From Candidatus Saccharimonadales bacterium (GTDB taxonomy: Bacteria > Patescibacteriota > Saccharimonadia > Saccharimonadales > SZUA-47): a stretch of DNA of 54,760 nt. The notes beneath the pieces were generated by a model. That model searched no databases. It saw only the letters and a list, made by a program, of their open reading frames with translations, and was not told the origin of the DNA. Location of the stretch: assembly GCA_041737385.1 (NCBI GenBank), contig JBGSRU010000002.1, positions 1 through 54,760 of the forward strand, in the 5' to 3' direction. Position numbers and translations under genes: made by a program. This document shows, in pieces, positions 1 through 9,219 of this stretch; positions within the stretch are counted from its first letter, which is position 1; each line of letters begins with the position of its first letter.

Positions 1-1
1 T

Positions 2-406
2 GTATCTGGAACAACTTGTACTGGTACTGGTACCCTTGCAGGTGGTTCTAAAACTGATCAGTGTTTTAACTCAGCAGGCACAACAAGAATCGCATTTGCA
101 GGAGCTGATGAAGGCTTCGGAATGACGGCGTCAAGTGTTGATATCAGCAACGGTACAACAAACAACCTTGTTCGTGACGACGAGTACTCTGGTGATGGCA
201 CAAACGCTGCACGAACTGGTTCTACTGGTGGTGGTTGGTCATGGAGCGAAGGCACCACTGATCGAATCGCTAGCTCAACAGGCTCAGGCGTGAAGGTTGT
301 AGACGATGAAATGCTCGTCCTACGCTTCGCAGCTCAAGCAGCTGTCACAACACCAACCGGTCAATACGGTGTGACAAGCACATATATTGCGACAGCAAGT
401 TACTAA
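2..406 (+). CDS. 5'-truncated secreted WxL-like surface protein (C-terminal part)
   Basis: Frame is open from base 2 (VSGTTCTGTG...) to TAA at 404-406. C-terminus GQYGVTSTYIATASY parallels GIYATTLVYTALASF of the next gene. Confidence 0.65.
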   Translation, partial: VSGTTCTGTGTLAGGSKTDQCFNSAGTTRIAFAGADEGFGMTASSVDISNGTTNNLVRDDEYSGDGTNAARTGSTGGGWSWSEGTTDRIASSTGSGVKVVDDEMLVLRFAAQAAVTTPTGQYGVTSTYIATASY

Positions 407-455
407 ATAACGAACTGTTTTAGGGAAATTTATTGCAAAGACAAAGTACAGGGTT

Positions 456-1523
456 ATGAACGCATATAAGAATACTCAAAACTTACAGCTTCGTTTTGTC
501 GCACGAGCGTCACTATTTGTGATGCTCGTGTCCCTACTTATTACTAGTCAACTCTTCTCAGTAAAAGCCGCAGATCTTATAAATAGAAAAATCATACTCG
601 GTTCGTCTGAGCCTAGCTTAAGCACCACACATACATTTGAATTCACAAACCCTACAGCTGGGACGCTTGGTTCTATTAGGCTTGAATATTGCCAGAACAG
701 CCCTCTCTTTAATGTTGCCTGTACGCCACCAGCAGGTCTGAACCTCACACCATCAACACTTAGTTCACAGTCAGGCAACGTCGGCTTTACAAAAAGTGGT
801 TTATCGACGGCTACGACAGTAATTCTAAGCAGAACTCCGGGTGGAACCTTGAGTACAATAAACCGATATGTGCTTTCGTCTGTAGTTAACCCGTCTGCAT
901 TAGATGCAACTACTTTTGTTCGTGTGAGTCTCTATGCAACTACTAATGCAACTGGACCTGATTTCGACCGAGGAGCAATAGCATTTAGTACCAGTGGTAG
1001 AATTAGTATTGGTGGATACGTCCCACCATTCTTGATATTTTGTGTTGGTGTCACTGTCGCACCTAACTGTAGCTCTACAAATGGTAGTCTAGTTGATTTC
1101 GGAGAATTATCTAGGAATAATACGTCAACGGCAACAACACAATTCGCAGCAGCGACAAATGACGGTACAGGGTTGCAAGTCTTTCTGAACGGCCAGACGA
1201 TGACGTCAGGAAATAACATAATCCCGCCCCTTAGTTCTAGTAGTTTAAGCAACTCTGGTACTAGTCAGTTTGGTATAAATCTACGTTCAAATTCTTCGCC
1301 GTCTGTGGGCGCCAATCTAAGCGGTGTTGGTTCAACTATCCCATCAAGCGAGTATGGGGCTTCAAATCAGTTTAAGTTTTCAGACGGAGACCTTATAGCT
1401 CGATCAACCACATCAACAGACTTTAATAGATTTACTGTGAGTTACATCGCAAACGTTAGTGACGGCCAAGCACCAGGCATATACGCGACAACTTTGGTGT
1501 ACACGGCGCTCGCAAGTTTTTAA
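456..1523 (+). CDS. Secreted WxL-like surface/pilin-like protein
   Basis: N-terminal signal peptide (..VKA-A), Ser/Thr/Gly/Asn-rich beta-rich body, terminal G-x-Y-x-T-T-L-x-Y-x-A motif, adjacent to a DUF916-like gene. Confidence 0.6.
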   Translation: MNAYKNTQNLQLRFVARASLFVMLVSLLITSQLFSVKAADLINRKIILGSSEPSLSTTHTFEFTNPTAGTLGSIRLEYCQNSPLFNVACTPPAGLNLTPSTLSSQSGNVGFTKSGLSTATTVILSRTPGGTLSTINRYVLSSVVNPSALDATTFVRVSLYATTNATGPDFDRGAIAFSTSGRISIGGYVPPFLIFCVGVTVAPNCSSTNGSLVDFGELSRNNTSTATTQFAAATNDGTGLQVFLNGQTMTSGNNIIPPLSSSSLSNSGTSQFGINLRSNSSPSVGANLSGVGSTIPSSEYGASNQFKFSDGDLIARSTTSTDFNRFTVSYIANVSDGQAPGIYATTLVYTALASF

Positions 1524-1591
1524 TTTTCTGCTTGATATTATACATGTAGTCCATTAAGCTAGTGGTAAAAGAATAACCGGAGGAAAAATAA

Positions 1592-2569
1592 GTGAAGAAA
1601 ATAAAAGTTCTGCTATTAGTTGCAATTATGGTGGTTGGATTTATGCCAACTGCAACAACAACTGCTCAAGACAATGGAATAGGAAGTGGACTAAGTATCT
1701 CACCGACAAGAACCGATCTTGTCGTAAATGAAGGGACTGCATCAGACCTAAACATATCAGTCAAAAACGTTACAGGTGGTAAAATCACTGCAAAAGCATT
1801 CATCAATGATTTCGAACCGGATGGTGTGACGGGAGAACCGAGGTTAATCACCGACAGTAATGTTAAATCGTCATCTTCAATTAAAGATTTTATAGTTGGT
1901 CTGCAAGATATTCCTTTAGAAATTAACGAAACAAAAGACGTTACTATGCAGCTTGATGTACCTGTTGGAGCGTCACCAGGTGCATATTTTGGTGTTATTC
2001 GTTACCAGGCAATTCCTGTTGATGATCAAGGTATCGAAACAGGCGGTGGTGGACAAGTAGCGCTTACTGCAAGTGTTGGAACAATTGTTCTTGTCGAAGT
2101 TCCTGGTAACATCAAACAGCAAATAGAGATTAAGAGCATCGGTGCATACTTAGATGATAAAAAAGGCTCAATATTCACGAAGAAGCCAACACGTGGTGGT
2201 ATTGAAATCGAAAACTTAGGAAACGGCTTCGCACGACCATTTGGTAAAGTATTGTTAAGTGATATGTTCGGTAACGAAGTATTCTCTTATGAAATGAACA
2301 ATACCAATCCTCGAGGTGTGGTATTGCCTGATTCTACAAGAGTTTACACTGATCCAATCGAAGGAATCAGTAAGCCAGGTCGCTATACGATACGAGCGGA
2401 TGTGTCCTACGGTAACGGCGGAGAAGTCTACAGCATCTCTTCTTCATTCTGGTACTTGCCATCATGGTTTATTGGTGCAATCTTGATAGTTGTCCTAGCG
2501 GTTGTCGGGGTAGGTTTCTACTTGTACCGTAAATATGCGACAAAAACTACAAAATCTCGCCGTAAATAA
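1592..2569 (+). CDS. DUF916/DUF3324-like (WxL-interacting) membrane-anchored protein
   Basis: GGAGG SD before GTG; signal peptide; ISPT..., PG.YFG.I, ENLGN, PGRY..RA.V.YG motifs; C-terminal TM helix plus basic tail. Confidence 0.65.
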   Translation: MKKIKVLLLVAIMVVGFMPTATTTAQDNGIGSGLSISPTRTDLVVNEGTASDLNISVKNVTGGKITAKAFINDFEPDGVTGEPRLITDSNVKSSSSIKDFIVGLQDIPLEINETKDVTMQLDVPVGASPGAYFGVIRYQAIPVDDQGIETGGGGQVALTASVGTIVLVEVPGNIKQQIEIKSIGAYLDDKKGSIFTKKPTRGGIEIENLGNGFARPFGKVLLSDMFGNEVFSYEMNNTNPRGVVLPDSTRVYTDPIEGISKPGRYTIRADVSYGNGGEVYSISSSFWYLPSWFIGAILIVVLAVVGVGFYLYRKYATKTTKSRRK

Positions 2570-2582
2570 TTGCACTCAAAAC

Positions 2583-2617
2583 TTTAAAGAGCCTAGTCGC
2601 ATACTGGGCTCTTTAAA
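2583..2617 (+). terminator. Intrinsic terminator-like hairpin
   Basis: tttaaagagcctagt-cgcat-actgggctctttaaa, a 15-bp stem with one G-U pair just after the stop of 1592..2569. Confidence 0.75.
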
Positions 2618-2711
2618 TTAACCAAGGTGAGCTCTAACCAAAAAGGTTGTGCTTTTTGTCGATATAGACTAAAATTAAGAGGCACAAAACTAAAAGTAAA
2701 AAGATATAAAA

Positions 2712-3662
2712 ATGAAAAAATATTTACCACAGGCGTGGCACGATATGAAGCGACTGCTACTAGTTGTCGCGTTCAGTGTTGCTGCGTTTTTCCTGATTGT
2801 AGGAGCGCAGCCAGCAAGTGCGCAAAGCAATACAGATCCAGAGCAATCTGGATCTGTTGGCTTAACGGGAACAATTAGCTCCCCTCCACCTAATCAAGGG
2901 GCAACAATATCGACGCCGACAAACGGACAAAATTTTACGAGTGTTCCTGTGCCCGTTCGTGGACTATGCCCAACTGGTCTACTAGTGAAGCTGTTTAAAA
3001 ACAATGTCTTCGCTGGGTCTGTACAGTGTGAGAACGGCACGTTTGAGATAAGTGTCGACCTTTTTACCGGCACGAACGAGCTTGTAGCTCGTGTGTTCGA
3101 TGATCTCGACCAACCAGGGCCTGATTCTGCAATTGTTACAGTCAGTTTCATCGATAACCGTACTGGAGCCGGCTCCCGGCCAACTATTACAAGCAACTTT
3201 GCAAAACGTGGTGCTAACCCTGGTCAAACTTTAACTTGGCCAATAATCATAAGTGGTGGATCTGGACCATATGCAATCAGTGTTGACTGGGGAGACGGCA
3301 CATCGGCAGATTTGCTAAGTCAACCGTTCCCTGGAGCATATGATCTATCGCATATCTATGATTCTGCCGGTGTCTACAACATCATTATCAAAGTCAGTGA
3401 TTCAAATGGAGCGACTGCGTTTCTTCAAGTTGTCGGTATAGCCAACGGCCCACTGTCACAAACAAACGCAGACGGTTCACCAATTGGCTCTGAAGACTCG
3501 ACAGTCGCATTTATATCGTCTGGACCGGCAAAGATCGTCTGGTGGCCAGCGACTATAACAGTTCCGTTCATTATTTCGACATTTTGGCTGGGTAAAAAAT
3601 ATATGTTGCGGGTGATGAAGAAACGCATAGAACGTGGTGAGCACCCCTTCGCTGACATTTAG
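2712..3662 (+). CDS. Secreted Ig-like/PKD-domain protein with C-terminal membrane anchor
   Basis: Signal peptide (ASA-Q), VDWGDG and HIYDSAGVYNI PKD-like motifs, C-terminal hydrophobic helix followed by KK. Confidence 0.75.
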   Translation: MKKYLPQAWHDMKRLLLVVAFSVAAFFLIVGAQPASAQSNTDPEQSGSVGLTGTISSPPPNQGATISTPTNGQNFTSVPVPVRGLCPTGLLVKLFKNNVFAGSVQCENGTFEISVDLFTGTNELVARVFDDLDQPGPDSAIVTVSFIDNRTGAGSRPTITSNFAKRGANPGQTLTWPIIISGGSGPYAISVDWGDGTSADLLSQPFPGAYDLSHIYDSAGVYNIIIKVSDSNGATAFLQVVGIANGPLSQTNADGSPIGSEDSTVAFISSGPAKIVWWPATITVPFIISTFWLGKKYMLRVMKKRIERGEHPFADI

Positions 3663-3793
3663 GCTTCTCTTTGGACATATCGGATATTTCAGCTTACGGT
3701 TCTTGACTGGGCAGTACCATAGCGTACAGCCACAGCCTAAGCTTCCGCACTGAAATTCCAATCTGTCTCAAAGATAATTCCTAAATAGCAAAA

Positions 3794-4654
3794 TTACCTA
3801 CGAAATCTTCCAATGTATTTTGCAGCATTCCACGCTATTTCTTGAGTAAAGCTTCCTACATCTTCTACATCAAGTTGCCAACGTTTTTCCTTCTCAATTT
3901 TTGCTAGTCTCATAGTTTCAGCTTCAAGCATAATTATATCTGCAACTTCTTCGTCACTTATACCATATGCGCCAACAAGTCTACCAAAAGCTACATGCCA
4001 AGATCCTGATACGCCAGGTTCATTATCAAGCAGCCAAGGATAATTATTTATTACAGTTCTAGTTACGGCTGAGAGGACTACTCTATCCGTATGACTTGAA
4101 GGTATAATCTTCTTCAAATCTACCTGAGCCATGTGAGCAGCTTGAATGAAAGCAGAAGCTCTTCTATCATTTTGGGACAGTATATATCCGTTATTAGTCC
4201 ACTCTAACTCTAGTTCATTTTGAATACCAAGTATATCAAACAGTAAGGCTGCAGATGACTTTATTGAAGCATCTCCTTTTATTATTACATTTGGAGGCAG
4301 AAGAGTTTCGGGGCCCCCGAACAGTAGCTCAACTAAAGCTTCTTCTTCAGTGTCTTCATCAACTACGATAGAATTAGAATGTATAGCTCCTCTTGGGTTA
4401 TATACTTCTGAAAATGGAACTTAGTAGCCTCTGTCGTCGGCATGATTATTTGTTGCACCTAATATAACAGTCTCGTTTTGTGCATCATCAGAACTGTTAA
4501 TTATATTGAGTGCTGCAATTCTTCTAGGAGATGAGAGACCAATAACTCTGCCTGAGAATTGTAGAGCAGGCTCAACTGCTGCTCTTTCAAATCCAAGTTC
4601 ACCACTACTGGGCTGTAAAGCCCAAGGAACTCCTGTTTCTGATAATGTTGCCAT
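3794..4654 (-). pseudogene. Orphan ORF interrupted by a single in-frame TAA (4421-4423)
   Basis: Manual translation: ATG 4654 (MATLSETG..) runs 77 codons to TAA, then the same frame stays open for 208 codons (VPFSEVYNPRG...AAHMAQVDLKK...GRFRR) to TAA at 3794-3796. Confidence 0.65.
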
Positions 4655-4675
4655 AAAGATGATATAATCATGATA

Positions 4676-5734
4676 ATGAATAAAAAGCAAATAAAAAAAG
4701 TATTTGTTGGGATGTCGGGTGGGGTTGATAGCTCTTTGACGGCTGCGCTGTTGGTTGAGCAAGGCTACGACGTGACTGGCGTTTACATGAAGAACTGGTC
4801 GAAAGATTTGCCGGGTTTCCCGTGTCCGTGGAAAGAAGACTATCAAGACGCGAAACGTGTTGCGGTTCGCTTAGGTATACCTTTTGAGGTGTTTGACTTC
4901 GAGAAAGAGTATTTTGATAAAGTTGTCGAATACATGCTTGACGGTTTTAAGAGCGGCATCACGCCCAACCCCGACGTTATGTGTAATCAAGAGATAAAAT
5001 TCAAATTATTCTATGAGCTATCCAGAGAAAAAGGTGCAGATTTCATTGCAACTGGTCACTATGCGAACACAAAAGACGGCGAACTATTGACCGCGGTGGA
5101 CGGAAACAAAGATCAAACGTATTTTCTGTACAGGGTAAGCAAAGAAGCATTAGAACACACGCTTTTTCCGCTGGGAGATATGACGAAACCTCATGTGAGA
5201 GAAGAAGCTAAAAAACGGAAGTTACTGACAGCGACCAAGAAAGAATCAATGGGCATATGTTTTGTCGGTAAAGTTGGCATACGTGAGTTTTTGAACCAGT
5301 ATGTTGAATCAGAGAGTGGCAATATACTTGATCAGAACAAAGTAGTCATCGGCCAACACGATGGAGCGATATTCTACACGATAGGACAGCGACACGGTCT
5401 CGATGTGGGCGGTGGTTTGCCATATTATGTGACAGGTAAAGATATGAAAAAGAATGAAGTTTATGTCACAAATGATATCCAAGATGAAAGTCTTTGGTCA
5501 AACATCATATACTTAACAAGTCAACATTGGATTAACAAACCTCCAGTAGTCGGTGAGTCGTACCAAGTTCGCACCAGACACCGAGCTAAGACTATTAATT
5601 GCAACTTTGTCGCAATTTCGTCGCAAACAGCAACGCTACAGCTAAATGAAAAGATTCGCGCACTCACGCCTGGTCAATCAGCAGTTATTTATGAAGGCGA
5701 TACCTGCCTTGGCGGTGGGATCATTACCTCATAA
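4676..5734 (+). CDS. mnmA: tRNA-specific 2-thiouridylase MnmA
   Basis: VGMSGGVDSS, PNPDVMCN, ATGHY, KDQTYFL, ESMGICF, GQR.GL, TPGQSAV motifs. Start placed at ATG 4676, 7 nt after TGnTATAAT. Confidence 0.97.
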   Translation: MNKKQIKKVFVGMSGGVDSSLTAALLVEQGYDVTGVYMKNWSKDLPGFPCPWKEDYQDAKRVAVRLGIPFEVFDFEKEYFDKVVEYMLDGFKSGITPNPDVMCNQEIKFKLFYELSREKGADFIATGHYANTKDGELLTAVDGNKDQTYFLYRVSKEALEHTLFPLGDMTKPHVREEAKKRKLLTATKKESMGICFVGKVGIREFLNQYVESESGNILDQNKVVIGQHDGAIFYTIGQRHGLDVGGGLPYYVTGKDMKKNEVYVTNDIQDESLWSNIIYLTSQHWINKPPVVGESYQVRTRHRAKTINCNFVAISSQTATLQLNEKIRALTPGQSAVIYEGDTCLGGGIITS

Positions 5735-5766
5735 TGTAAGCAGCTACCAAATGCTACACTAGTAGC

Positions 5767-6954
5767 ATGAAAAACAGCATAGTAACAAAGAAAAACACGA
5801 TTATTACGCTAGCTATTATACTGGTGATTACAGGACTAATCGCATTTCTGTTCGTAACCAAGAACAACTCAACAAACGTCCCAGCGAATGGGTTCGACTC
5901 TACGCCTCTCGCAAGCCAAATAGTTCAGGAAGATGTTGAAATTCGCCAAGAGGTAGTTCTGGGTGGGCTGACAAAGCCATGGGGAATAGGAATTTTGCCT
6001 GATGAATCACTGCTTTATACCGAACGTGCTGGTGGTATCTCTCTCTACAAAGATGGTGATAATAGAGAGCTATTAGTGCCGGCAGACTTAGATGCCCGTG
6101 GCGAAGGGGGATTGCTCGGAGTTGCTGTTGATCCGGAGTATGCGCAAAACAAATTTGTGTACGTTTGCTATAACACTTCAGAAGATGTTCGAGTCGTTCG
6201 CTATGAGCTAGAAGCAAATACGCTGAAAAACGATACACCAATAGTAACAGCTATGCCAACAGCAGCAAGCGGGCGACATTCTGGTTGTCGGATCGGATTT
6301 GGTCCTGACGGTTATATATGGGTTGGCACAGGTGATGCAGCAGACGGTGAAAACCCACAGAGCCCAACAAGCCTTGGCGGTAAAGTGCTGCGCGTCGATA
6401 GAGACGGTAGAGCAGCGGAGAAAGGAAATTTATCAGCTCCATTTGACGCCCGGATATACAGTTATGGTCACCGTAACATACAGGGATTGGCTTTCGCTAG
6501 AGACGCTTCATATATTGGCATTACCACTGAACACGGGCCGTCCACAGACGACGAAGTAAACCATTTAGTTCTAGGCAATTTTGGCTGGAATCCTGTTCCT
6601 GGCTATAACGAATCTGTACCTATGACTGATCTTGTTGCTTATTCTGATGCTATTTCTGCTCAGTGGGCATCAGGTAGCCCGACAGTTGCATTGTCTGGTG
6701 CGACATTTGTGTATGGAGAATCTTGGGGGCAGTACGACGGGTCGTTGTTCGCAGGAACGCTAAAAGCTAAAAAGATTTTGCATTTTTCGGTCGACAAAGT
6801 AGGCGACTTTATACCTGAGAATGAGCTTTTCGTGAATGAATTTGGCAGGATCCGTTCAATAGAGCAAGCGCCAAGTGGTGCGCTGTTCGTCACAACTGAT
6901 AATGGTGAGGGCACTGATAAAATTATAAAACTGACTCCATCAAGCACATTATAA
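5767..6954 (+). CDS. PQQ-dependent sugar dehydrogenase (GSDH/soluble glucose-sorbosone dehydrogenase family), membrane-anchored
   Basis: PWG, GEGGLLG...P.Y, H.G.RI.FGPDG, GKVLR, YSYGHRNIQG, EHGP..DDE.N, GRIR motifs; N-terminal TM helix. Confidence 0.9.
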   Translation: MKNSIVTKKNTIITLAIILVITGLIAFLFVTKNNSTNVPANGFDSTPLASQIVQEDVEIRQEVVLGGLTKPWGIGILPDESLLYTERAGGISLYKDGDNRELLVPADLDARGEGGLLGVAVDPEYAQNKFVYVCYNTSEDVRVVRYELEANTLKNDTPIVTAMPTAASGRHSGCRIGFGPDGYIWVGTGDAADGENPQSPTSLGGKVLRVDRDGRAAEKGNLSAPFDARIYSYGHRNIQGLAFARDASYIGITTEHGPSTDDEVNHLVLGNFGWNPVPGYNESVPMTDLVAYSDAISAQWASGSPTVALSGATFVYGESWGQYDGSLFAGTLKAKKILHFSVDKVGDFIPENELFVNEFGRIRSIEQAPSGALFVTTDNGEGTDKIIKLTPSSTL

Positions 6955-7020
6955 TTTTTTGATACTGGTGGCGGTTACAAGACATAAGACGACTCACCAA
7001 TTTACTCACATAAATGCCTC

Positions 7021-7029
7021 TGTTATACT
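7021..7029 (+). promoter_or_regulatory. Extended -10 promoter (TGtTATACT) for the alaS leader
   Basis: TGnTAnnnT 7 nt upstream of ATG 7037, the same geometry seen at many genes in this window. Confidence 0.65.
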
Positions 7030-7036
7030 TACACTC

Positions 7037-7096
7037 ATGATGACGTTTGCTCAATATAGCCTATCTTCCAGCGCGACTGCCCTTGGGGCTATATAA
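7037..7096 (+). CDS. Putative leader peptide (uORF) MMTFAQYSLSSSATALGAI upstream of alaS
   Basis: 19 codons with 4 Ala codons, 3 in the last 7. Coding region is closed by an 8-bp stem (atatagcc 7054-7061 / ggctatat 7087-7094). Stop lies 46 nt before the alaS ATG. Confidence 0.5.
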   Translation: MMTFAQYSLSSSATALGAI

Positions 7097-7142
7097 CGAT
7101 TCTGCAGATATTTTCTAAAAACCATTTTTAAAGAGAGAAGAC

Positions 7143-9077
7143 ATGAATACACAAGAAATACGCAAAGCTTATCTAGATTTTTTTGAACAACGAGGACACG
7201 CGGTGGTTAATCGAGCATCGTTAGTACTTAAAGATGACCCAACAACGTTATTCACTGGTTCAGGAATGCAACCAATGATCCCATACTTGCTCGGTGAAGC
7301 ACACCCGAAAGGCAACAGAATTGTTGACTCTCAAACATGCCTGCGTGCACAAGATATGGACGAAGTTGGAAATAATAGACATACGACATTTTTCGAAATG
7401 CTTGGTAACTGGAGTATGGGTGATTATTTTAAAGAACAACAGATTAGATGGATGTGGGAGTTCTTGGATGAAGTAGTTGGTCTTGATATGAGCAGAGTTT
7501 ACACGACGTGCTTCATAGGATCGCCGGAATATTATATTGAAAAAGATACTGAAGCAGCTGAAGTGTGGGCTGAACTGTTCAAGGCAAAAGGCTTAAGCAG
7601 CGGACAAGCAGATATTGGCTCCGAGCAAGATGGCTACATGAAGGGAATGAAAGAAGGCGAACGGATTTTTTATTATGATGGCAGTAAAAACTGGTGGAGC
7701 CGGAACGGAAGCCCAGAAAACACTCCTGTGGGCGATCCATGCGGCCCTGATAGTGAGATGTTCTATGATTTTGGTATTCCTCATAATCCAGCATTTGGCG
7801 AACAATGTCATCCGAACTGTGACTGTGGTAGATTCGTAGAAATTGGTAACAATGTGTTTATGGCCTACCGCAAAGTAGCAGAGGGTAAATTCGAACCGCT
7901 TGAAAAACCAAACATTGATCACGGTTCAGGTCTAGAGCGAATTGCGGCAGCAAAGCTACATGATCCAGATGTTTTTAAAATTAGTCTGTTGTGGCCAATT
8001 ATCCAGCACATCGAGAAGCTCAGTGGCAAAAAATACGAAGAAAATGCTGAATCTATGCGTGTGATTGCCGATCATTTGCGCGCCGCAATGTTCCTTGTTG
8101 TCGATGGTGCTGTACCGAATAATAAAGAGCACGGCTATGTTGTGAGGCGGTTGGTAAGACGGGCAATCTTGAAAGCATTTAATCTAGGAATAGAACAAAA
8201 CTTTTTGCCCGAAGTTGCACCGATTATTGCTGGTTTGTACAAAAATGACTTTCCAGAAGTGTTAGAAAACGAAGCAGAAATCGTCGCAGTGCTTGTAAAG
8301 GAAGAAAAAGCTTTTAAGCAAACGCTCAGAAAAGGGCTGCGTGAGTTCGAAAAAGTATCAGAAAAAACTGTCGAACTAACCAATCTCGAAGGAGTAACCA
8401 GACAAGCAAAAGTTTTGTTTGGGGCTGACGCATTTAAACTTTATGATACTTATGGTTTCCCGAAAGAACTTTCAGTTGAAGAAGCTGAAAAAAGAGGAGT
8501 TGAGCTTGCTGATGATTTTGATTTTGAGTTTGAACAAGATATGGAAGCGCAACGGCTAAAATCACAAACTGCATCTAAAGGTACGTTCAAAGGTGGCTTG
8601 GGTGGTCAGACACTACAACATAAGAAATATCACACAGCGACTCATCTGATGTATCAAGCTTTGCGAGATGTATTGGGTGATCATGTCGTGCAACACGGCT
8701 CTAACATCACTGAAGAACGCCTACGTTTTGACTTTAGCCACCCAGAAAAAATGACTCCAGAGCAAATTTCACAAGTTGAGGAGATCGTTAATCAGCAAAT
8801 TTCAATAGATCTCAAGGTGACATTCGCAGAATATCCGACGAGCCGAGCGACAGGCGAACTTGGTGCGCTTGGACAGTTCGGCGACCGCTACGGCGATACA
8901 GTTAAGGTGTACAACATGCAGGCAGACGGCGTAGATAAACCATTCAGCTTCGAAATATGTGGCGGCCCTCATGTGGACCACACGCTTCAGCTATACGAAG
9001 ACAATAAAACTTTTAAAATCCTAAAAGAACAGTCAAGTTCAGCCGGAATCCGCCGAATAAAAGCAGTCCTTGTTTAG
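7143..9077 (+). CDS. alaS: Alanine--tRNA ligase, short form lacking the C-Ala domain
   Basis: DPTTLFTGSGMQ, H.TFFEMLGNWS, EIGNNVF, IDHGSGLER, DH.RA, editing HTATH and CGGPH motifs; ends at GIRRIKAVLV. Confidence 0.97.
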   Translation: MNTQEIRKAYLDFFEQRGHAVVNRASLVLKDDPTTLFTGSGMQPMIPYLLGEAHPKGNRIVDSQTCLRAQDMDEVGNNRHTTFFEMLGNWSMGDYFKEQQIRWMWEFLDEVVGLDMSRVYTTCFIGSPEYYIEKDTEAAEVWAELFKAKGLSSGQADIGSEQDGYMKGMKEGERIFYYDGSKNWWSRNGSPENTPVGDPCGPDSEMFYDFGIPHNPAFGEQCHPNCDCGRFVEIGNNVFMAYRKVAEGKFEPLEKPNIDHGSGLERIAAAKLHDPDVFKISLLWPIIQHIEKLSGKKYEENAESMRVIADHLRAAMFLVVDGAVPNNKEHGYVVRRLVRRAILKAFNLGIEQNFLPEVAPIIAGLYKNDFPEVLENEAEIVAVLVKEEKAFKQTLRKGLREFEKVSEKTVELTNLEGVTRQAKVLFGADAFKLYDTYGFPKELSVEEAEKRGVELADDFDFEFEQDMEAQRLKSQTASKGTFKGGLGGQTLQHKKYHTATHLMYQALRDVLGDHVVQHGSNITEERLRFDFSHPEKMTPEQISQVEEIVNQQISIDLKVTFAEYPTSRATGELGALGQFGDRYGDTVKVYNMQADGVDKPFSFEICGGPHVDHTLQLYEDNKTFKILKEQSSSAGIRRIKAVLV

Positions 9078-9219
9078 AAATAGCGCTATATATAGCATCG
9101 CACCACCACAGGTAGCGGTCTAAAGATAGCATAAGCGTTTATGTGATATGTTTCACAGTAATGGACATCCTATAGGCGTATTTTCAGGGTAGTCTTAACA
9201 AAAATCAAAAGGTCCATAA

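Noticed and set aside
3477-3761. Cys-rich minus-strand ORF (CGSLGCGC..C..C)
   Set aside because: TTG start, overlaps the PKD gene by about 185 nt, and has no recognisable metal-binding spacing. It cannot be supported.
4421-4423. Alternative genetic code as the explanation for the internal stop
   Set aside because: TAA, TAG and TGA all terminate conserved genes here (e.g. TGA for trhO and ligA). This is one isolated TAA.
6966-6999. CGGTTACAAG resembling a twister ribozyme loop, and GGTGG resembling a T-box before alaS
   Set aside because: The flanking stems needed for twister are absent. There is no T-box consensus (GGTGGTACCGCG), specifier stem or terminator, and the segment lies upstream of the apparent promoter.
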